From: Hydrurus foetidus
Taxonomy: Eukaryota
Direction of reading: 5' to 3'
Assembly: GCA_900617105.1 (NCBI GenBank)
Contig: UYFQ01000306.1
Coordinates: 53,957-73,956, forward strand
DNA: 20,000 nt
Part shown: positions 1 to 8,559 of the stretch, piece after piece
Layout of the letters: each line of letters starts with the position of its first letter
Numbering within the stretch: position 1 is the stretch's first letter
The notes under the pieces: model-generated
The model's input: the letters and a program-made list of their open reading frames with translations, nothing else
Database searches by the model: none
Told to the model about the DNA's origin: nothing
Made by a program: the position numbers and the translations under genes

Positions 1-155
1 ACTATCAAGAAATGTCGATGAATAAAGAGTGGCACGATGTAGCTGCCGTGTATTTTCGTAGAGGCTCAATTGAGCCGATTGATAATAGCCAACACATAGT
101 CTTCTCTTGTGACGTAGATAAGTCACACTCCTTGGCAATCTCGATGGATGCTGAC

Positions 156-3100
156 CTTTGTGAGTGTCGCGGTGGACATGATGAGCTGAACCTTCTTGTC
201 GATGTTGCTGTCCTCGCTGTGGTCTCCTGCGAGCTCCTCAGTATTGCGCTTCACGACAGAGCGTAAGATGCCGCTGTGTAGAACAGGGGAGAGTGGTGAG
301 AAGGTGATGCGAGTATGTAGTGTGGGATTGGGGACTGATAGATGAGGGAGGCACGGTGACTGGACTCTTCTTACGGAGTGGGGCCATAGGTACGGTGGAG
401 TTGTGGTGCGACATTTTGTAATAATGGTATGCATCGATCGTATATATGTGTGTGTGGGGAGACTCAGACTAACGTGCAATTGTGTCTTCATCTAGATCAG
501 AGAAGGAATTCAATCTTCGAAAAGTTTATCATCACTGACTCTCACACACAGAACAGAGGCGAACAGTAATGGTGATGGACAGACAACGCCTTAACGCAGT
601 GTCGGGGCACAGGAAACATTGAAGGAGTGAGGGCAGCTGTGTTGTGCAGCAAGTACAGGGCACGTGATGGCATCGACACAATATGTCATCAGATGCACGG
701 GAAAATCTCTTGTAGAAATGTGCAATAAAAATCGTACTATATCTCATAGAGTCTGAAGTGATATCAGATATCAAATAGTGGGCATCGCCTCAGCTGGATG
801 ATGAGTATAATGTGCGAGGTGGAGAGTAGTTGGAATGGTAGGAGAGTTCACTGCGATGCAGTGCATGTGAAAGCTGGAAGTTGATGGGTTGGAAGAGCAG
901 GACTGTCAGAATGGAAGGGTACTGGAAAGGATGTAGTGTGGCGTCTTGCAGCATGGGGTGTGTGTGGGGAGGCTCAGACTAACGTGCAATTGTGTCTTCA
1001 TCTAGATCAGAGAAGGAATTCAATCTTCGAAAAGTTTATCATCACTGACTCCCACACACAAGCCACGACCACACACCACAGGATTGGCACTCACTGTCTT
1101 GAGAGAAGAATTATCAGCAAATACGTCAGGGATGAGTGGTGTCCAGACTAACCGGATATCGGATCCGAAACCTTGGGTGAGCATGGTGTCAACCTCGTCA
1201 ATGATCACATGGGTGACCTGCAGTAATGGGTAATGAGAAAGAAGTGTGATGTCGTGAGGAGGGAGAAGAGGCATGATGAGAGATCGGGCTACAGAGTGTG
1301 GTAGATCAGTGACGGAGGTGTGGTGATCATACTGAAACAGGGAGGAAGAGCTTCTGTGAGGGATAACAGTGGTAGAAAGATTGATTCTCAAGATTATTAA
1401 CTGAACTGATTCAATCGCTCAGGCTAACAGGAAACGAAGGTTCAAATCAAGGGCTGTTTTGGCCTCATATTGAGCTGAGTTTGTTTTGTCTTCACTGCGA
1501 TGAATGTGTGCTTCAAATAGTCTGCTTGAGATAATGAGTTGCTCTCTCTCACTTCTCTTTATATTGTGATAGTGGCTGGGATGTGGTAAAAATGATGGCA
1601 CTTCAGGATGAAGAGTGTCTTCATCCTGGTCTACAAAAGTCTTCACTACATATCTTGTGACTGGTATGTGCGTATAAAAAGGGGAAGAGAGGAAAAGGGA
1701 GCGTTACCTGGCTGAGATAAAGATTGCCCTGTTCCTTGTGCTGCATCAGTCTACCGGGAGATGCAACGATGACATCAACGAGGCGGTTCAACTGAACAGA
1801 GCGAGGGAAGAAACAATGTAAAGGGGGAGGGGCGAGTAGAGTAAGGGGCGGAGTTTGGGATATAACTAGGAAGACAGACAGGGGGACAGAGGGGACTGCA
1901 AGTCTGCGCGTTGTGAGCGGGAGGGAGGGTGTGTGTTGCTGCGTTGCATTGTGTCTCATCTAGTTGCTCAGACGTGAAATTGGTCTCCACACAAGCGCAA
2001 GCGCTATCGGAACCGTTCTTAGTTATTTAATATGAAATAATCCTCATCGCAGTGATGTGCAATGCAGTGTAGCACACCCCTTCCCACTCAAACAATGCAC
2101 AGTCACTATTACAATCTCTCCGTTCTGCTCACACAACCGGAGATGATGATGGAAGGCACAGCACGCAATAAAGGTTCTTACCGCTTTCTTCTGGATGGTG
2201 TACTGCTCTCCTCCCAATATGGCACATGAAGAAATCTAATGGGAGAATAAGAAGAAGGAATTTGTGGAGTGTTTAGTGATGTCAAGTTCTAGTTGTGTGT
2301 GCGCAGGCAGGTTGACACAGGAGAAGAAGTTGATAAGTATGTAGAGACTAGAGGTAGATAAAGGTGAGGAAAGTAGATTGAGAGAACGGAGGGAATGATA
2401 AAGAGAGAGAGAGAGGTGAGGAAGGTAGAGTGCGCTACAGTCTTGAACGATGGAAATAAAGTCCACACACAGCTTCTCCCTTTTCAGGAATAGGCCTCAG
2501 ACAATTCATATTAAATGAGAGTTTCGTCATTGCGCTTTGGAAGAGGAATGAGAGAGGGAGGTGAGGAAGATAGACAGGGATTGATAGATAAAGCGCTACA
2601 GTCTTGAACGATGGAAATAAAGTCCACACACAGCTTCTCCCTTTTCAGGAATAGGCCTCAGACAGTTCATATTAAATGAGAGTTTCGTCATTGCGCATGG
2701 GAATGAGAGTGTGACAGACAACAGTGGAAGTGTGACACCTCCTTCAAGATTAAATTCCAAGTGTCAAAAGAGTAAGGAAGTAAAGCAGGTATAGAATGGG
2801 GCTGTTATATACCTTGGAGAAATGAGACAGGTCTTTGATTGATCCTAGAATCTGTCGTGCCAGGTCTCTAGTGGGGACCAGGATGATGCATCGGGGTCTG
2901 CGGACCTGTCTCTCGTATCCCTTTAGGGCGAACAAATGGATGAGGTGCGTGAGATTGGCAGAGAAAATTGGCAGTTCAATGTTCACATCATGTTGACTGC
3001 TGTGTATTAGCTGCATCACATTCTATTTTGCAGCATCTAAGTGCATGAGTCAAAGTAATACAATGTACGGTTGCGAATGTTTTTTGCTCACCTGTTGTTC

Positions 3101-4153
3101 TTGCGATATGAGGGTCTGAATAACTGGCAGGGTGAAGGCAAGGGTTTTACCGGACCCGGTAGATGCGGCCATGACCAAGTTCTCACCATTTAAAAGTCGT
3201 GGAATGACAGCCTTCTGGACTGGGGTAGGGGTGTGGAAACCTGAAGTTGTCATTGCACCGATAATCAGTCAACTGGTAAATGGCACGATGAGGTCGGAGA
3301 TAGTGATGTTGTTGTAGACTTGCACGATGACGAGTTTTAATATTTACATAAATAGGAGATTTTGGTTTAAAATGATGTCGATTTCATGATCGCTACGGCT
3401 GTACATGCAAATCGTGTACCTTGATTTGCGAGACCCTTCACAACATCAGTGACCAGTCCTAATTTGCTGAATTCGTTATCAAATCCGATATCAGGTGCTG
3501 GCTCATACGCACCAGAGTAGTCGATCTTCTGATAGATGTTGACTGGCTCTTTCGGTTCCTCAACAACTACGTTGTCAGAAGATGTACAGTTGAGTCAGCA
3601 TATTTTTGAGTTATTCGAAGTATTCGTAAAGCCGAACTTTGATAAGTTATCTAGATAATCACTTTACAGATAAGATGGAACAGCGAAGTTGAACAACTCT
3701 GTCAGAAATTGGCAAGAAAAGTCGATGCTCTTGCATATGTCCACAATTACATTGATTGTGGTGGGAAAAAGTGCTGTGAAAACATGGGTCAGTTTGAGGC
3801 AGATCAATGCGCTATGACGACAGTCAAGGGAGGGAGTACTGCTTACCAGTAGTAGCTGCTACTTTAGAAGCCTTTTTAAGGCGCATTCTAGTAAGGCCTT
3901 TGAATATTTTCTCTGCTTTTTTCGTTCTTTCCATAAGGTCATCGTCATTTTCAGAGATTGCGCCAACGTCATTTCCACTGATAGAGCTAAATAAGCAGGA
4001 TGATCTTAATCTGCAAGCAATGAGGTCTCCTCTCGGAAGTCGCATGTTGACAGCGCATCTTCCTGCACTTTTTCTGAGCAGCATAGACTGACCAGCGAGC
4101 GCCGTGAACTTCAACATCGGAATGAGCATGAAGAAGAGATTTTCAAACTTCAT
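156..4153 (-). CDS. DEAD-box RNA helicase, RH39/RH50-like, probably plastid-targeted; 3' end runs off the window start
   Basis: Exons joined by hand at GT-AG sites keep one frame for 344 codons: 4153-3847, 3566-3420, 3240-3092, 2920-2813, 2235-2182, 1791-1708, 1217-1153, 273-156. Motifs occur in order: Q motif FSKLGL..GFHTPTPVQ, I ASTGSGKT, Ia PTRDLA, GG doublet, Ib SPGRL, II DEVD, III STAT. The N-terminus looks like a signal peptide followed by an R/S-rich transit peptide. The helicase C-terminal domain is not in the window. Confidence 0.92.
459..541 (-). ncRNA. Box C/D snoRNA, snR72/snoR72Y-like, copy 1 (helicase intron 7)
   Basis: Minus strand: terminal stem, C GTGATGA (535-529), D' CTGA (500-497), C' ATGAAGA (491-485), guide AATTGCACGTTAGT, D CTGA (467-464). 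The guide pairs with LSU CUGACGUGCAA, and D+5 falls on the A equivalent to yeast Am876 (from recall). Confidence 0.88.
681..806 (-). ncRNA. Candidate box H/ACA snoRNA (helicase intron 7)
   Basis: Minus strand: hairpin 1 (lower stem CTCAT/ATGAG, internal loop, upper stem CTGAGGcGATG/TATCaCTTCAG), H box ATAGTA (740-735), hairpin 2 (TGCAC/GTGCA), ACA at 686-684 plus 3 nt, 126 nt total. No target identified. Confidence 0.3.
969..1051 (-). ncRNA. Box C/D snoRNA, snR72/snoR72Y-like, copy 2 (helicase intron 7)
   Basis: Offset 510 nt from copy 1 and identical from box C (1045-1039) to box D (977-974). It differs only in the terminal stem (TGTGTGTGGGAGTCA...GCCTCCCCACACAC). Confidence 0.88.
1414..1501 (-). 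ncRNA. Dual-guide box C/D snoRNA, U29/snR71-like plus snoR18-like guide (helicase intron 6)
   Basis: Stem ATCGC/GCGAT, C GTGAAGA (1495-1489), guide AAACTCAGCTCAAT, D' ATGA (1468-1465), C'-like TTGATTT, guide CGTTTCCTGTTAGC, D CTGA (1422-1419). The two guides pair with adjacent parts of LSU CUAAUAGGGAACGUGAGCUGGGUUU. Confidence 0.88.
1603..1646 (-). other. Perfect 11-bp hairpin framed by C/D-like boxes; possible minimal C/D RNA (helicase intron 6)
   Basis: Minus strand GTGAAGA-11nt-CAGG-ATGAAGA-CACTCTTCATC-CTGA. CAGGATGAAGA/TCTTCATCCTG forms a perfect stem. There is no convincing terminal stem. Confidence 0.25.
1965..2051 (-). ncRNA. Dual-guide box C/D snoRNA, SSU helix 34 and LSU domain I guides (helicase intron 5)
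   Basis: Stem TGC/GCA, C ATGAGGA (2047-2041), guide TAACTAAGAACGGTT, D' CCGA (2010-2007), hairpin AGCGC/GCGCT, C' GTGTGGA (1992-1986), guide CAATTTCACGT, D CTGA (1971-1968). The guides pair with 18S GGCCGUUCUUAGUUG and LSU ACGUGAAAUUG. A long external stem spans about 1927-2080. Confidence 0.88.
2432..2535 (-). ncRNA. Box C/D-like snoRNA with atypical D box, copy 1 (helicase intron 4)
   Basis: Stem GCGC/GCGC, C ATGACGA (2530-2524), D' CTGA (2500-2497), C' GTGTGGA (2468-2462), guide TTCCATCGTTCAAGA, then CTGTA in place of CTGA. The guide pairs with 18S UCUUGAACGA(GGAA). Confidence 0.72.
2593..2696 (-). ncRNA. Box C/D-like snoRNA with atypical D box, copy 2 (helicase intron 4)
   Basis: Tandem duplicate with period 161 nt, 103/104 nt identical to copy 1 (plus strand A2504 vs G2665), with diverged flanks. 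Confidence 0.72.
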
Positions 4154-5299
4154 GGGTTATGATTACTTCTGCCTATCAGTCATCAAGGATGCCGGTTGCA
4201 AGGTGGCAAATGCACAACAGAAGTTGATGCCACCTTTCGATTAGTTAGACAGTGCGGAGGAGTGAGAAGAGGCGACACAGAAATAGGGTCTGGCGAAAGG
4301 ACGACTCTGGGGTATTATTGGTGGCTGTGAAATTGATGCTCTTTTCAGGAAACACTGGTCCAAGATCCATAGGAGATCCATAATCCATTATCTATATTAT
4401 ACCGTACTGTACCACTTTTTACTTCTGTACTGAGCTACATTTGATTTTTTACTCTGCAGCGAAGAAGTTAATTAACAACAATTCAATTGAAGCAACTCTC
4501 GTAATAGGAACGCACTTAATGCCTGCTACCTGTCGAATCGGGAATATAAAGAGCGCTATCTGACTCGAGAAACAGCTTGCATCGACATAGAAGGGACGCT
4601 ATTGTCCAGCCAGACACAATCGATCTTCTCTCAAAATGATCTGTAACGATAATCTTAAATAACAAACAGAAAGATTTTTGAATGCGAAAGCCTGATCGCC
4701 AAGTTGTCAATTAAATCGCAAAATTTATCAAATAGATCAAGAAAGTGAAAGAGGGCGGTAGTCGGGTGTCATACTAATTGTCCAACAGACAAGGCATACA
4801 TGCATTATGTTAAGTATGTACAATACGAAAAGGATGTGATGAAATCAATTAAAATTGAGAGTCGCCGATCTGATCTCTGATCAAGGAATGCAGTGCTTGT
4901 ATCGGCTTATTCGGTTTTCCAGGTATTACAATAACAAGAGATGAAGTGCAGTTCTGCCTGCTAAGTGCGTGTGAGTGAGGGCGCATCTTGTGAGCCAGTC
5001 CATTGAAGAGAGGGATGTCTTTGTGATGTGAGCCCACATAAATGGCCAGCAATGGGATTCGCGGAGGGAGCTAGCTATCAGTCCACAAGTCACAACTACA
5101 CGGGAAGGGAATACCATGTCGTATTTGTGTATTCGAAAATGACCGCTGAGGACAACATCCACCGCTCAATATTTGTCCAATGTCGAACATCGAATGTGCT
5201 TCGACTGATTCCCGCAAACTACCGGTTACTTATTGCTTCTGCGATACCAAGGGAAGAAACCAAAACGACTTGAATTGAGCGGGAATGTAATGGCCGTGA

Positions 5300-8200
5300 T
5301 TAGTCTCCGATGGCCGTAATGTTACGGCTAAGCAGTAGTTTCTTCCTGTGATCTATCCACAGCATCAATCCGAAGAAAAGCGCGCTGACTACGAATACAG
5401 CGTCAAATAGTAGGAAACATAACTCAAACGGAGCGGTCTCTCCCAGGGCTGCTGTCACTCCTCTGCGGCATCTGAGAGGCAGTTGAAAGCTCAGTTGCCA
5501 CACACATGCCATGAAATAAAATCCTAATCATGTAAAAATACCAAATTTACAGATTTGAGAATGATTATTAGAATGAAAAAATTGATTCAAATGAGAGGAA
5601 TATTGTAAAAAGGAATTGATGCAGGAATTTGAGGGGTTCTGAGTCCACTGCTAAGAGGACAGCGGCTTCAGATGAGAAGCAGAGAAATGGAAAGAAACGA
5701 AGAGAAAGAAATCACGTGCGTGTCAGGAGCATGTTAGCGAATGTATGAGGGAGGAATGAGAGGGAGGAATGGAAGATGATGATTGAGAGTGAAGGATTGT
5801 GATACCTGCCAGGAGAGCGAGTGCGAGAGAGTAGAGCTCCGTGCTGGTTGACATTATACCCAGACTGGCCAGCTGCTCCATCGCTACGAGGAACGCACGG
5901 ACCTGAGGAATTGTACGGACATGAGAAGGAGGAGAAGGAAGGAGAGAAGGAGTGAAGAGTGTGATGCGATGCTATATGAGAGGAGGACGTGATCGCGTAG
6001 ACTGGCGGAAAGAGGACGGCTGAAATGAAAGCATGAAGAGACAGATGGCGACCGTGTTGATGCGGTCTTAGAAGGCAGTGGTTTGTGTGGGGTGGGATAG
6101 CATAGGATGGTATCAGAGAGCACCACATAGATTGATTCTTGCTCAGGTATGTGTGCTGAACTTGATGCATCAAAATAGAGAAATGAGAAGTAATACCAGC
6201 GTTGCATTGAATTGTCCTCCTTTTATGAATTTGAATGTGAATATCGCTAGATGATATGATTTGAGACACATGCATGATGTCTGACACGCAGTAGATGATG
6301 TACTGCACCTGCATAAGAGACATGGAGGCTATATACGCAGAGCTCAGAGAAGGTGCCCATGCAGTGCCATCGATCTTGAGATGCACCAGTAGGAAGGACA
6401 GGGAGGTAGTTACCAAGTCCCCCCGAGGGACCTTGGACACACCCCCAACATCCGATCCTACGGTAGTCTCTTCCATATACCCATCCAGACGCACACCGAA
6501 ATCGTGCCCTACAGGGTTGTAGTCGACACTTTCTGACAGGGTGTCTAAATCGCTTGAACTGAATACTGCACCTACACTGTATATGTCGTCCAAACCAACT
6601 GCAGAAATGGAGGTGAGAAACAGTGCTAAAATGAGAAGTAGAAGGTTAACGTCTGTGACGCTTGTCAACAAAATTAGGAGAACATTTTCAAAGGGAAAAA
6701 GTCTACGAGACTTGATTTTTGATAGGTATGTAAAATGCGCTTGAGAAAAAGATCAAAAAGTGTAAGACGTTACCGGAGTCTCCCCTGCGAAGAGCAATTT
6801 CAGATTCTTTGTAAGCGACAATAACTGTTCTCAAGTGGTCTAGTATGTGCCACACTCCAACTAGCAGTCGAGCTATCGCCACCACACTGACAGAGAGAAA
6901 GAGGTGATTGACGTTGTTAGTGATATGGAGATTGGTATGAGCAGCAAGTGAGCATTACATGTCTGCACATGTCCTCATGTGCACACGAAGTATTCCTACG
7001 TAACAAGTGCGAAATATCTTTAAGAATCACGAAATCGTATTCGTCATCGCTAGTGAAGTTCTCTATTCACGACAAGAAGTACAATTCCGTGATTCTCGCT
7101 GGTGCTCTCTACTTGATACGCGGGGACGCTTACTACCTCCCATACGTGCAGATCTCTCTTACCAACAGTGCATAGATAATCTAGGCTATCAATTCAAATC
7201 AAACTGAGCACCTCAGCGCTCTACTGACATGAGTTGGAGTGGTGTGACAGCATGTCGTGCCGTGAATAGTGGAACAAAAATTCATCAGAAAGTTGAATCT
7301 TACGTTAAAATTTGACCGAGTAGTCTCATGATCCTGCCCCACTGAGTACGTGCCATTTCGGCCATACGTTGCTGCTCTTTTAAGGCAACTATTTCTTGGA
7401 ATAGACTGGTAGATAGCTCCTCTAATTGTTCCGCATTCTTGCTGAGATGGAGGAGCTTGAATGCCCTGTTGTTAGCAACACAGCAGTTTACACTCTGATC
7501 CATCTCTGATACCGCTGTGCCTCTCAGCTTCCTCCTCGTCTGCTCATCAGATATCCTGTCCATAGCAATGGCATCGAATGCTAGACTAAATTTGTCCGTT
7601 TCTATCGCGTCCTCACCAGTGACGTCAGGTCTGTGATCGTTGTACTCCGTGTCACTGACTGTTCTGGGAACCCTCACAGTCTGACTAGGGGTCGGTGGAG
7701 GGGTTATCGTCATAGACATCATGAGCAATTCCTTTTTCCTGGTAGCTATTTCTCTAAGAAGCTGCGACAGACTTCTTTCTCTTCTTCTCAGTTGTTCTGC
7801 ATCCACTCCACGGAATATCAGGAGCTGCTCGAGGGGAAAAAAAACCGTCGCAAAACCTGAAATAACCGCAGCGCAGATCGTACCTAGGACAGCTATGTTC
7901 GCAATTGATCTTTGGACGTCATAACTCATCATCAGTCTCAGAATTTGTACGGCTGGCAAAAGATATCCATAACCATCGTGATTGTTCGCATTCTCACCGT
8001 CGAACATGAAGATCCATTTCATGGCGCCCGGAGAAGTAATCCCATGAAGACTGTGTCCGAAGAGGTCACTTTCAGCGGGCTTGTAACCACTATTAGGAAA
8101 ATATGAGGTGTGATAGTAGTGGACTAGAGATGATGTTATCCACATTAGTAGCTGAAATAACCCCACCGAAACACCACCCATGAAGACGGAAACTTTCAAT

Positions 8201-8559
8201 GAGAAATTTACATGAAATCCAATCGATATGGCCAATACTGCAGGAATAAGAACATTCAGTAGGAGGGCCAATATGGACAAGGAAGTCGTCCAAGTGAAAA
8301 GCCTCAGGGCAGGATGCAATAAGTCAAGAATCTCAAACGTCACCAGCTCCAGCAGAGTGCAGCATGTTACGAATGTTAGCAGGAATAACGATTTGCAAAG
8401 GGTAGCCCACTGTTTAGAATGCGTAGAATGGTATTTGCCAAGACCGCTCTCGAAAAATGCGCGCCCGATGATCGCGAACATCAACCATGACGCAGGGAAT
8501 ATAAATATGTCGTACATCTTTAAATTGAAAATGTTGTAAAGCTGAAGAGAGTCCTCCAT
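5300..8559 (-). CDS. GPR89: GPR89/GPHR (Golgi pH regulator) / GTG-type multi-pass membrane protein, about 659 aa
   Basis: Exons 8559-7304, 6886-6774, 6598-6309, 5902-5806 and 5523-5300 splice in frame at GT-AG. Family-like segments: LFLLTF..C.LLELV.FEI, IAVLGTICAAVISGFATVFFP, central coiled coil LEELSTSLFQEI, RTQWGR, and C-terminal GFYF..V..L...LP...R..VT..LG...FDAVFVVSAL. Confidence 0.88.

Noticed and set aside
1..155. Hairpins in helicase intron 8 (GGCTCAATTGAGCC, GTGAC/GTCAC) as an H/ACA RNA
   Set aside because: The stems are short, the box spacing is inconsistent, and the region is cut by the window edge.
451..550. The 100-nt repeat with TGTGTG/CACACA ends as a MITE
   Set aside because: The inverted ends are better explained as a snoRNA terminal stem enclosing C, D', C', D boxes and an rRNA guide. 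No TSD is shared.
1359..1369. AGGGATAACAG match to the LSU peptidyl transferase loop as a snoRNA guide
   Set aside because: No properly placed C and D boxes or terminal stem; probably chance.
2432..2696. Direct repeats as a CRISPR-like array
   Set aside because: Only two 104-nt units, inside a eukaryotic intron, with no cas genes.
2960..3065. Two hairpins in helicase intron 3 as an H/ACA RNA
   Set aside because: An ANANNA word is present but there is no ACA box after the second hairpin.
4516..5273. Short ORFs between GPR89 and the helicase
   Set aside because: Short, overlapping on both strands, no motifs or consistent splice model; likely UTR or intergenic.
5712..6671. 319-aa ORF as an independent gene
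   Set aside because: It is GPR89 exon 3 read through into flanking pyrimidine-rich introns.
6960..7290. C-box-like words (CTGATGA, ATGACGA, ATGAGGA) in GPR89 intron 1
   Set aside because: No D box with a convincing terminal stem and no recognisable rRNA guide.
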